IMG/VR virus record: IMGVR_UViG_3300037808_000364
Coordinates: 32,001 to 96,000 of that record
DNA length: 64,000 nt
Direction: 5' to 3' (one strand)
Source: a virus
Program-made: the position numbers and the translations under genes
Notes under the pieces: model-generated
Seen by the model: only the letters and a program-made list of their open reading frames with translations
Told to the model about the DNA's origin: nothing
Database searches by the model: none
In this document: positions 21,201 to 31,400 of the stretch, piece after piece
Numbering within the stretch: position 1 is the first letter of the stretch
Layout of the letters: every line of letters begins with the position of its first letter

Positions 21201-22977
21201 TGGAGCGGAGGTCTACAGCTACTACGTTAGTAAGTACTGACGCACCATTAGCTGAGTCCGTACCTACAGCTATTACATTAGCCAGCCCAGAGGCACCCTG
21301 AGCAACACCAACACCAATAGCTGAAACAGAACTTGAATCCAACAGTCCACTACCAGCACCACTACCTAAGACCTGAGAAGCGGCAACCCCTGTAGCAAAA
21401 GCGAGAGCTTGTGTTCCCACTCCTACGGAGTCATCAATATCATAACCGCCGTCGCCAGCATGGAGACCAGCAATGACAACTCCAGACATTAACTGGGAGT
21501 TGAATCCTGCGAAGTGACCAATAAGTACACCATCAGAAATACCACTAACACCAAAACCAGCATAGTCACCAACTCCTACTAAATGGTAGTTCTCAGTCGA
21601 ATTGCCCTCATCAGTACCAGCTTGTGTACCAATTCTAATTAAACCATCAGTGAATATCAGTTGGTTAAAATAACCAGATTGAGAACCGAGAGTACCACGG
21701 GCGTCTAAGTTATAATTAGGTGAATCCGTAGAGGCATCACCACCAACCAGTAGGCGATTATTGTTGTAATCAAAGAGAATACCGCTATCATACGTGACGC
21801 TACCACTGCCAGCATAAATAGCGACCATTCCTAATGTGAAGTTATTAGGGGTAATGTTAGCGGTCTGACCGTCCAGACCAACATTCTTCTGTAGAACAAA
21901 GTTTCCACTAGTAGTAAGAGCGGCTAGTGGAATATCGTCGATATTCAAAAGTCGGAACGAGGGGTCATCTGGAGAACATGGTGGAGTACCACAGTGGTTT
22001 ACCGTAGGACCAGCGAACACGGTCCCCGGAGTTTGTTTAGCCAGACCAATATATTGATCTACAATACCACTTAGTTCGATCACTCCGTTAGAGGCATTGC
22101 CCAATTCATTCCTTAGGAAAGGTTCAAGCTGCTTACCACCAGAAGCCGTAGCACCAGTGTGCGTAAGCTGACCACCAGAGAACATAATGCCAGATCCGCC
22201 CTCTACAATACCAGAAACCCTTATAATAGAGTAAGCTCTTTCACCACCGATATCTAGGGCATATTGGGGAGCCGTCTGACTTATACCTAGGCGGTTATTA
22301 ACATCATCCCAAACCATGTCATCTGTATGATTGATGATCTGCTCGTTACGCCAGAACGCAAGTCCACTATGCTTAGGTTCAGATATATCACCATCAAGAC
22401 CATAACCGTTATAAACAGAGGTTTTGCCGGGGTATGTAACGAAAACCTCTTTTAGACCTGTTGTCCAGCTAATAGGGCTACGTGCCGTTTCGTAGTCAGT
22501 TCCACTAACTCCACCGTGAAGCTGAGTAGCGTGACCCTGATGATCGGTAGGCATATAGAATGTTGTACCGGGATCTCCAGAGAACGTGTGCTCCATAACA
22601 CCTGCGTATGGACCATCAGTATATCCAACACCACTGATTGCAGCCGACCGTGTTAAGTAAAGAGGGTAAAAGTAACCACTTGTACCAGCGGTTGGACCGG
22701 AATCACTACTGCCATTAAGGAAGTAGGGTCCAGAGTTAATGGTAGAGCTACGAAAGGGATTACGTGTAAGAACACGATCACTACCGCTTTTCTCGTAAAT
22801 ACCAGAACCAATTTCATACTGGACACCATCTGTCATGGCGTAGAATACTACGTCACCAGAAGCGTAGAAATCACCAAACCCACTAAAACTACTGACGGCA
22901 CCGTCGAGTACGATAGACCCTGTGCCAGTTGTTCTAGATAGTTCTTTTACCCTATCTGCTAAGAAGAAAGTGGACAT
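18232..22977 (-). CDS. Fibre/appendage protein with YadA-head-like beta-roll repeats (1581 aa)
   Basis: N-terminal ADRVKE...TTGTG anchor; many (N/V)xx(I/V)GxxA repeats; SG-rich coiled segments. Confidence 0.75.
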   Translation of the reverse strand: MSTFFLADRVKELSRTTGTGSIVLDGAVSSFSGFGDFYASGDVVFYAMTDGVQYEIGSGIYEKSGSDRVLTRNPFRSSTINSGPYFLNGSSDSGPTAGTSGYFYPLYLTRSAAISGVGYTDGPYAGVMEHTFSGDPGTTFYMPTDHQGHATQLHGGVSGTDYETARSPISWTTGLKEVFVTYPGKTSVYNGYGLDGDISEPKHSGLAFWRNEQIINHTDDMVWDDVNNRLGISQTAPQYALDIGGERAYSIIRVSGIVEGGSGIMFSGGQLTHTGATASGGKQLEPFLRNELGNASNGVIELSGIVDQYIGLAKQTPGTVFAGPTVNHCGTPPCSPDDPSFRLLNIDDIPLAALTTSGNFVLQKNVGLDGQTANITPNNFTLGMVAIYAGSGSVTYDSGILFDYNNNRLLVGGDASTDSPNYNLDARGTLGSQSGYFNQLIFTDGLIRIGTQAGTDEGNSTENYHLVGVGDYAGFGVSGISDGVLIGHFAGFNSQLMSGVVIAGLHAGDGGYDIDDSVGVGTQALAFATGVAASQVLGSGAGSGLLDSSSVSAIGVGVAQGASGLANVIAVGTDSANGASVLTNVVAVDLRSTYNSSNLTDVFAAGRDSASESAGLTNCYLIGVQSASGSAALQELIGLGSSVAREASGVQNSVALGNKTLMYASGIDQSNFIGERAGRSGLNLIDVVGIGTDAAESASGTNNIYIGNNAGVAVSGNENIEIIGSGAAASFLGTEASGKINIGNTIVGDIYGGKVGFGNPSDASPGATVFVTPKENDDAAFIVRHPASGSSTPYMQLQSGDATTFYHITNSGDVITSGCMNPSGGLLLEAITPADWMNTTTNRLYNDAGTLKFNGVAVSVGGGFSSFDLRSQIDDTADSGVEITTGQTVLFSGIHVDTQIDSGNRQIIVDAGNLSGVLQNQITASNFQFYSMASGVDAGNNSLKLMEKDSVIAFSGVSGIHIDFTDLTDGTNSSGLYSIGYDPSSNYTFNVTNGDVADDIITSTETVTISGVSGVRAEYDAASNTFRIGASGLSGVLQAGIDTNTGFLSNENGPISVSGVSGIAAYASGQVDLITLGGATSGLIQQNSNYIMDPAGSGSLSRLGISNGGFVTFSGSSPIVINKGLSIGYSGGPGSVIIGENIANVAANDSSSTNSGIVAIGSYVLTEPLADQEQWAGIVAIGDLAMSGVGSHANLSIGLGYKSLVHCSGSANIGIGVGAGHQRSYLTANQGRRTVNNISIGTWAGLYQDGAVDGYDISMGYYAGSHHHSGVDNINIGKYAGGKWIEDNNFSNEHMVNIGEYAGVGSTGVKYSVNLGASAGYFTEDGLGNVYIGYQSQYNTSGQYNGTAHCVGIGYQVLKEGQDMDYTVAIGYRAGLGASGTYNNILMGRQAGQNRSGSDSIILNSKFLTGYSADWSDADEDYVLDVGEAIQGVMNPVNLHVGAKLNNTYRTISDILLATVNITPDSTTDSALLLNLHSSDGIVSSQAAGLLKTQTLSATTSLNSATNEIVNEKGWLRFPHAVTLAATSYPNTTLVNSAGDIIPVGEGVVATYDFGTDRGLAICILQAGAYHWHKIPTTTLM

Positions 22978-22994
22978 ATTTACCCTCTGTTATT

Positions 22995-23984
22995 TTAAAG
23001 CCCGATCATTGTAGGCGGAGTGCCGGAAGTTTCTGATGGTGAGTAGCCATATACGACCAAGTCACATCTTTCAGAATCTACATAGTCACCATTCTCATTT
23101 TTGATAACGTATGTTATAGTTCTCTTGGTTGACCCATCATCCGGGCCAGCGTTACCTTCGCGTAGAACAAGACCCACCGTGTTTACTGAGAAGTCTTCCT
23201 GACTACCGCTAGCCGTTGTGGCATTAGCAGAACCAATGGCAACATATGAGTTAGCATCGAAAACACCAGAGGTAAATGTCAACTTTAGCTTACCCTGAGC
23301 TAGACGTTCAATACTTTCAATATTGTGCCAAGATCTCACAACGGGGACATTCCCTACTCCACTAGCGTCAAAAGTACACCAAGCCTTGGCAACACCCTTA
23401 GCAGTATTTGGAATAATAGAATTATCCCTCATAAACTTGATATTACCAGAAGTGTTGATATCCTGCTCTGTAGCCGTGCCGTTGGTCTGAACAAATTGAA
23501 ACCCAACATTGGCAATACCAGATGTATTAATCCACCGTTGATCAGTAGCCATATTTCCAAGCAATGCGTTACCACGAGCAGCATCTACACCGAGACGGTT
23601 GTAGTACTGAGTATGAGTATCATTGCTCAGGTTAAGTAGATTATCATGATCGATACCTGCGTCTCCAAGCCACGGCTCAGTTTGTCGCTGAGTTCTCTTA
23701 GCCACGTCTGTAGCGTTGGGGAAAAACACCCCAGAATCGATAATCAGATCACCATAACTAGCACTAGAAGATGGAGAAGAAGAATCCGCACTACTAACCT
23801 TTACAGAGTTAAAGAACGGAAATTCCACCTCAGTGTCGCCACTAGCTACAACCTTATTGATAGAGAACGCAATGTCCTCCATATTATGACGCACATCATA
23901 TGCGGAAATACCCCCAGCGTTATTATCTGCAAGGTCTGCACTGATGCTCGCTATTAAATCGCCTGAACTTAATTGGCTAGGCAT
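22995..23984 (-). CDS. Short fibre-like structural protein (329 aa)
   Basis: N-terminus shared with 43483..45078; C-terminal AKAWCTFD...SWHNIESIERLAQG domain typical of fibre tips; DHDNL...DTHTQY motif. Confidence 0.65.
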   Translation of the reverse strand: MPSQLSSGDLIASISADLADNNAGGISAYDVRHNMEDIAFSINKVVASGDTEVEFPFFNSVKVSSADSSSPSSSASYGDLIIDSGVFFPNATDVAKRTQRQTEPWLGDAGIDHDNLLNLSNDTHTQYYNRLGVDAARGNALLGNMATDQRWINTSGIANVGFQFVQTNGTATEQDINTSGNIKFMRDNSIIPNTAKGVAKAWCTFDASGVGNVPVVRSWHNIESIERLAQGKLKLTFTSGVFDANSYVAIGSANATTASGSQEDFSVNTVGLVLREGNAGPDDGSTKRTITYVIKNENGDYVDSERCDLVVYGYSPSETSGTPPTMIGL

Positions 23985-23995
23985 TTATCTCTCCC

Positions 23996-24517
23996 TTAAT
24001 AATCGAAGAATCCGCCGGTGCCCCTGTGACCACCAGTGCTACTTCCTGAAACGTTGTCTGAACCGGGACTGTAAGGACCAAGGATAGCTTGTCCCGCAAT
24101 ACTACTACCTGCTCGATATTCCATTTCCGCCCTCTCGTACTTTTCGCACAAGTCTTTATAGAGAACGGTAAGGGTGTTAGTTACTCCACGTAGGTCAATA
24201 GCAGAGGGGCCATCTTTGATAGAGATAGCATTTCCTGACTCACTACGTATTTGACTACCCACGATGATACACGCCGCACGTAAGCAAATGAGAGTAATAA
24301 AAGCATGATCTTCTGTTTCCACGGTTGGGTCTGGACTTAGAGTGCAATTTTCAACATTTACACTGTAAGTCTTACCAAACTCGACAGTCATTTGTGTTAA
24401 CTGTGCAGCTACCAATATCGTTGTTTCAATACGATGGGGCGAAAAAGTATAACTATCGGAGTCGATATCATCTATGAGATATCGCACAATAGTGCTCATT
24501 TGACCTTGCCAAGACAT
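23996..24517 (-). CDS. Putative head-tail adaptor (173 aa)
   Basis: VRYLIDD N-terminal motif and helical pattern typical of gp15/gp6-type connectors. Confidence 0.6.
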   Translation of the reverse strand: MSWQGQMSTIVRYLIDDIDSDSYTFSPHRIETTILVAAQLTQMTVEFGKTYSVNVENCTLSPDPTVETEDHAFITLICLRAACIIVGSQIRSESGNAISIKDGPSAIDLRGVTNTLTVLYKDLCEKYERAEMEYRAGSSIAGQAILGPYSPGSDNVSGSSTGGHRGTGGFFDY

Positions 24518-24526
24518 ATTTTACCC

Positions 24527-24835
24527 CTATAGATTACATTCTACCCTAAAAGTAGACAAACTGGTAGAGTGAGTGGCTCCACTAAGAAGCCCCACTTTTC
24601 CCTGAATCTTGTAAGATCCAGCTACATCTAGATCCCCAGCTATAGTCGCATAGTACATTTTACCGTCCGTACCATCAGTATATAGCACCCCAGTACGACT
24701 TAGAACAGTGGAATCTGGCTTCCTGATAAAAATTGACAAACTAGTTGCTGTAGAAATATCAACCACCGTACCACAGTCTGTGACCGTAATAAGTAGCTTA
24801 GTTCCCACATCTTCTGCATGAATATTACAAGCCAT
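24527..24835 (-). CDS. BppU-N-like Ig-fold virion protein (102 aa)
   Basis: DVGT...VDIS.A...RKPD...TDG...Y...GDLDVAG.Y..Q pattern. Confidence 0.6.
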   Translation of the reverse strand: MACNIHAEDVGTKLLITVTDCGTVVDISTATSLSIFIRKPDSTVLSRTGVLYTDGTDGKMYYATIAGDLDVAGSYKIQGKVGLLSGATHSTSLSTFRVECNL

Positions 24836-24843
24836 TTTTCACC

Positions 24844-24993
24844 CTACGTAAAGTCTTTCTGGGTCTCAATCTTGAGTGTTTCATCTAGTACGGTTTTGAT
24901 AATACCCGAATATGCCACCTGATCACCATTTAGCATCATCTGCCATTGGGTAGATAGGGGTAATTCAGACCAAGTTGCTCCTCCGTAAATCAT
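24844..24993 (-). CDS. Small hypothetical protein (49 aa, MIYGGATWSELPLS...), below track cutoff
   Basis: ATG 24993 with AAGAGG RBS, TAG at 24844; fills the gap after a late-promoter motif. Confidence 0.6.
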   Translation of the reverse strand: MIYGGATWSELPLSTQWQMMLNGDQVAYSGIIKTVLDETLKIETQKDFT

Positions 24994-25038
24994 GATATAA
25001 CCCTCTTTCTCAAGGTTTTACTTTTACCACTCATAAGT

Positions 25039-25049
25039 AATATACACAA
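25039..25049 (-). promoter_or_regulatory. Putative late promoter variant TTGTGTATATT, preceded by a long hairpin (~25056-25112)
   Basis: Motif match; inverted repeat GGTTTGACCCTTA/TGAGGGTCTAACC with inner GGAGA/TCTCC. Confidence 0.55.
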
Positions 25050-25109
25050 TTTAGAGGTTTGACCCTTAAATAGGAGAAAGGTCTCCCTCTGAGGGTCTAA
25101 CCATCTCAT

Positions 25110-25424
25110 TTATACTGGGTCTATCACTACGGCGTCTAAGATAGCCTGAGTGCTAGCGGCGGTGCTCTCGGTAACAGCACTTACTGCTTGCTTTTTGTTG
25201 TATCCTGCTAATATCTGCTCGACGTAAAGTCTAATCCTTTTTGCCGTAAAATCCTCCTTAGTCACTGGATTAGGTATTGTCGCCTCTGCATCAGCAGGGT
25301 CTTCAACGGTTTCGGGTCGGTTGTACGCATCAGAAAATGCGTCGTGGATGATGCTCGTCACGCCATCGGGTACGTCCAATGATCGTGAGTAAGCTCCAAA
25401 AGTAAGTGTAATTCGTTCAGCCAT
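25110..25424 (-). CDS. Hypothetical protein, possible fibre chaperone (104 aa)
   Basis: GGAG RBS; follows the LamG protein; IPNPVTKEDF motif. Confidence 0.6.
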   Translation of the reverse strand: MAERITLTFGAYSRSLDVPDGVTSIIHDAFSDAYNRPETVEDPADAEATIPNPVTKEDFTAKRIRLYVEQILAGYNKKQAVSAVTESTAASTQAILDAVVIDPV

Positions 25425-25455
25425 TGTAATTCTCCAAAAGTTAAAAAGGTTGTTG

Positions 25456-28400
25456 TTAGTGAGTTTGTCCCATTAGCATTTTAACGGCGTCTCCAAAGAG
25501 ATTGGCTGTGATTATGGGGCAGTCGAAGTAGTTTCGTGTTGAGGCTAGGGCTTTTATTTCGTCGAGGGATAGGGCACGGTCCCAGACGTAAACGTCATCG
25601 ATATCACCATCAAAATACCTACTGGCTTGTGGTCCTGAATTATTGAAATTTATATTCCCAATATAATCGTTCCCATTTGCCACTACTCCACCAGAACAAG
25701 AGTGACTATCTATCGTCCCTACTTGAACTCCGTCCAAATACCGCGTGATATTAGAGGCGTCAACTACAGCCGCAACAAAAGACCAGGAACCTGTTGGAAC
25801 TACTGTTCCGTCATTAGTAGAATCGCCGCAAAGGGTGCTTCCGTCTCCAAATTGCACATCAATTGAGCCTGCCGGACTTGCCCTGAGGAACATGTAGTAA
25901 GATTCAGTGGCTGCACTGTTAGAGTTGCCGAATATGTATCCATTGTTGGTAAATGAATCTGGCCTAACCCACGCAGCTAACGTAAATGTAGAAGCCCCAT
26001 CCAGTATTTTTGCACCAAAGAGGGCATAGTCATCACTCCCATCAAAGTCCAACGCCCTCGTACCACCCTCACTCGTATCAGCAACCCAGTCGCCAGTCGT
26101 CATATTTGTAAGTGTTCCGACATTACCATTCCCGCTGAAATCCATAGCGTTCAGAGTTGCATTGCCCCAATCATCATAACTGGGTACTATTGATAGGACT
26201 GAGCCTTTAGTGTTTGGGACTTCAACTTCAGCTTCTGATGCGAGGAATGCGACTTCGGCAGCGGTGAGGGCACGGTCGAAGACGCGACAATCTTTCATAG
26301 AGCCACGGAAAGGGATTGTATTGATCCTCGACGCCCCAAAGTTATTGTATGTAGGACTTCCAGAAGTTACGGCGAATGTTCCAATAGAAGAGTCTGATCC
26401 AACAAGCACCCCATTGACATACAAATCGAACCTATCACTTTCAGTAGCCGTCACAGCTATATGTATCCAATCGGTGACAGTGTAGGCGTCTGTAGTTACT
26501 GCCGTTGAGCCTGACGCATGGACTAACCCCTGTATCCGGTTGGCAGTTCCCCCCTGGTTTACTATCAGCGATATGAAGACATCGTTCGTGTTGTATGCGA
26601 ACGCTCTGTATTCTGCGGCTGTGTCGTCGGCTTTACACCAAAGCGAAACTGATAGGTCTGTCACACCAGTGGGCAACGTCTGATCGGGGAAGTTCACATA
26701 GTCATCCACCCCGTCAAAAACGATCTCATCACTCTCACCGACATAAGCCCCATTGGTCAGAGTGCCATGGTTTCCGTTGCCGGATTCATCGCTGATATCG
26801 TTGTTGTAGAGGGTGTTAATCTGAGCCGTAGTGGACCCTGTTTGCATAATCCTGATGTCGTCCACTTCGCCGTCTACTCGGTTTGCAGAATGATTCGCTG
26901 CGTACTTCCCTATCAATAGTGGGTTCACCGTGTTGCCAATTGTTGCTGATGAGGTAGCTGATCCAAACTGAACCCCATCCATCCACCCAGACACTGCTGT
27001 GCCAACTCTAGTAATCAGAAAATGATACCATTGACCTGTATTCAATGCTGTAAGTGATACGAGATTGTCTTGCAGAACGAATGAACCATTTGAGGTCAGC
27101 GTAAATCCACGACCCGTCCCGAACTCCACCCAAAATCCAAAGTTTGCATTGGAATCTGTAGTTGTTGATATGACGTTTTGGTAGTTAATGTAAGAATTAA
27201 ATTTAACCCTGACAGATATGGTGAAATCACCAGCAAACGTCCAGTCGGTTTCGGGGACGGAGATGTGATCATCCGTACCATCGAATACGAACTTCCCATC
27301 CGTCACTCCCATACCGCCGTTATAAGTTCCATCATTCCCCATCGGACTCTGATCGGTCACGCCCGTTTTACCATCCAGTTGAAGGACAGTATCCGGCAGT
27401 ACACCTACATCGTGGCGGGACATGTTCAATGCAAGGACTTCGCCGCCGAGTAATCCGACTGGGCGATAACCTCTGACGCCTTTGTTGTACTGGAGGGCTA
27501 CTTCGCCTGCTGAGAGGGCACGGTCGAGGATTCGGATGTCGTCAAGTTCGCCGTCTAAATACCCGCCTCCGCCTCGGCTACCGTCGCCGATAAGTGAGTC
27601 TAAGGCGGCGTTGACACGTGATGTTTGACTCACTGAACCCTCTAATACTCCATTCACATATAAATCCCGCGTAACCCCATCGTAGACACAGCACACGTGA
27701 TACCACGTGTCCGCAACGGCCACCGTAGTGGAATAGGTAGCAGCGTAACCGTCTATTTCAAATCGGAATTTGTTGTTATTACTTAGCCATAGCAGTGAAC
27801 CAGAAAGACTATGCCACTGGTCAACGATTCCCTGATAGGAGGATGTGACGACATCAAACTTGACCCAGCATGACACTGAGAACGAACCAGTACCCGAGAT
27901 TACTTCCCCGCAGTCGATATAGTCATCCGTACCATTAAACACGAATTCCGTATCAGTAGAATTCGCCGCGATATCGGTCCCAGTGAACGTCCCGTAGTTC
28001 CCGTGGTTCGATAAATCGCGTTCGCCCGAATCGGCTTGCAGGTGCAGTACCGTATCGGCTATCTGGCGTGTCGGTAATGCTGGCTCGTAGCCGGGAACAC
28101 CTTCGTAGAGGGTGAGGACTTGTGCGGCGGTGATGGCTACATCAAACATTCGGAAGTCTCTGATGGAGCCGTTTAAGTAAAACCCTGTCCCATTTGACGC
28201 TGCACCAATTATACCCTCACCTGTGGGCACATAATACGTCTGAGACCCACTGGCTTCTTCCACTCCATCGATGTAGAGCTTAGAAGTCGTTCCGTTGTTT
28301 GTTGCGGCTATGTGGTATTCTGTACCGGCAGAAAGAATGGTTGTTCCATTTATGACGGAAATGTTGTTAAACAACACCCCTACTTTTCCAGAGGCCTCAA

Positions 28401-31400
28401 TTCTAATTTGATGTCCATTCCCCCCAGGAACCAAAGCGTAAGGCAGCACTAGCGAACCTATCGACGCAGGGGTGAGGTGCATTGAAATCGTTATTTCGCT
28501 TGCAGCAGTGGGGGCGGTCACCCGAACATAATCATCCGTCCCATCAAACACATACCGACGACCAACAACCCCCATCCCACCGTTGTATGCCGCTGGATCC
28601 TGCGTTCCACTCTGATCAACTAATCCCGTCTCGGGTCTCAGGTGCAAGACAGTCCCAGCGATATCTGGACGGGCAGTGGCGTTGAAGAGTTCTCGAATTT
28701 CAGTAACTGTGATGGCCCTTGGGATTATGCGAACGTCTTTGATGGAGCCTGTCCACCATCGGTCTAAGTGAGTGCCGCCAATTTCCAAGTCTCCCGAATT
28801 GGTTCCATAAGCTCCCGCCGCAACACCCGATGCAGTTGCAACCGAAACCGCATCTATATAGGTGGTCAAAGTAGCAGAAACAGCATCGTAAACTCCAGTG
28901 ACAAAATGCCATGCCCCGTCACTGACATCACCACCAGTTGCTGTAGACGTAGCTGAGGCTGCGTTACGTGTTTGCAATCCAATCGCTCCAGCCCCATCTA
29001 TCAACAACATCCACCACGGGTTAACCTGCCCCGCAGTCCCATACCCTTTTACTAAGATTGACGACGCGAAAGGTGGTAGTGCTGTTACCTTTATCCACGC
29101 ACTCGATGTGAAACTTTCACCTGATGCAAACTCACCAACATTTGGAACATTTATGTAGTCTCCCACACCTTCAAACAAGAATGCCTCATCAGTGACACCC
29201 ATCCCTCCTTGATATGTACCATCATTCCCATAGTTCGTCTGATCGGTCACGCCGGTAGAGGCCCTCAGATTGAGGACCGTGTCTTTGAGTTGACGTGTTT
29301 CTGAACAGATTGTCGTAAGAGGTGGAACAACTGGTGCAACTGGTGCAACTAGCAAGGAAGGGTCGAAATAGTTTCGTGTGCTTGCGAGTGCTTTGATTTC
29401 GTCGAGGGATAGGGCACGGTCCCAGACGTAAACGTCATCGAGGTCTGCGTTTGCATATTGTCCGGGAGTGTCGCCCCCTCCCAGCCATAAACCGGCATTC
29501 TGATTCGAAACGGTGTTCAAAGCGGAAGCAAGTAGTACCCCATCAACATACATATCGGTTCCACTGGAAACCCCGTTGCGGAACACAAAGCAAGCATGAT
29601 GCCAGATGTCGTCAGTGTAGGATGAGCCGCTACCTCTCCATGATCCTCCGGTCCAATCATAGAACCCTAGCTCATTACCATTAAAGAATATCCCATATGC
29701 TAATTTCTTAACAATGACGCCTCGATACCCCGCTCCAGCCCCCGCTGTCTTAAACCAAAACGTAACAGTAGGAGAATTAGAATCAGCAGTAGATGAATCA
29801 ACTATATCCACATAATCATTCGTCCCATCAAAATCCAAAGCCCGCGTACCGCCGCTATCCGTATCCGCAATCCAGTCGCCAGTCGTCATGTTTGTAAGTG
29901 TTCCGACATTCCCGCCGCCACTGAAGTCCAGAGCGTTCAGAGTTGCGTTTCCCCAATCGTCATAGCTCGGAACGATTGATAGGGCTGAGCCTTTAGTGTT
30001 TGGGACTTCAACTTCAACTTCTGAACCTAAAAATAGTCTCTCAGCTTCTACTAATGAACGGTCAAACCACCGGACATCCTCCATTGATCCTACTAGTCCA
30101 AACGACGTAGTTTTGTAGCTTCCAAAATACAGAGGAACAGTTCCCCAGTTTGTAGTAGTTGAAATATTAAGAACTACGTGAACCCTTTGATCCACAGGTA
30201 TAGCGTCGAATACGGCATCTCTATTCGGATTATAACCTATATTCACCCCATCTACGTACATACTGTAGTTGGCTCCATTTTGACTGGCAGACGCACTTCC
30301 GTCTAAACCAAGGCCAACGTAGTAAACACTGCTAGACACTAAACAAAACCCAGCAGTACTTGTTCGTGTGATCCACGCAGAGAACGCATAGCTTCCCCAT
30401 ACTGACGTGTTTGGTATGGTTATATTGTCAGTTCCCCCTTCAAATACAATGTCGTTGTTTTCTCCGACATAGACTCCGTTATTCATAGAAGCGTCGTTAC
30501 CGTTTCCGGATTCATCGCTGATGTCGTTGTTGTAGAGTGAGAGGACTTCAGCGGCGGAAAGGGCACGGTCTAGGATTCGGATGTCGTCTACAGTTCCTAT
30601 ATGTGCAGAATTCGTAGAGTTGTCATCTCCCACAGTGACTTGCCCTGTAGGCGTGATTGGGGCAGTCGGCGTCGACGAAAGCACTGAACTGCCGTCTTTG
30701 TAAATCGTTAATGTAGTGCCATCCCATGTGGCTACGATGTGTGTGTCTACTCCTGCTGTGTATGACGAAGCAGAGTCATTCCATGCTACGCCGCCAAACA
30801 GAACAGAGATCCGACCCGTCACGTTTCCACTAGAAGCGATTCCAAACCCATTCGATCCGCCATCACCAACATACAAAGCTAGTCGTCTGTTTGCCGACAG
30901 GTTGTCACTGTTGATTCGAGCAGCAAGTGTCCACGATGTGGGGGTGACGATAGGGCATGAGATATTGTCATCTGTCCCATCAAACACAAACTTGCCGTCT
31001 GTGACCCCCATACCGCCGTTATAAGTTCCATCATTACCCGCAGGACTCTGGTCTGCAATTCCAGTCTTGCCATCCAGTTGCAGTACAGTACCGGGCAACA
31101 CTCCAACATCGTGACGTGATGGATGCAGGGCCAAAACTTCGCCGCCGAGTAATCCAACTGGGCGATAACCTCTGACGCCTTTGTTGAATAGCAGGGCGAT
31201 TTCGCCTGCGGAGAGGGCACGGGAAATTATTCGTGCGTCGTCAATGGAGCCGTCAAATTGCTGAAGTCTTCCCGTACTCCAATAAATATCACCGATGGAT
31301 ATGTTGTCCAGCCCCGTTAGTGCTGACTGCGATGTTGTGTCGGTGGATATCAATGCCCCATCAACGTAGATCGACCGGGAGGCATTAGAGGTAAAGACGG

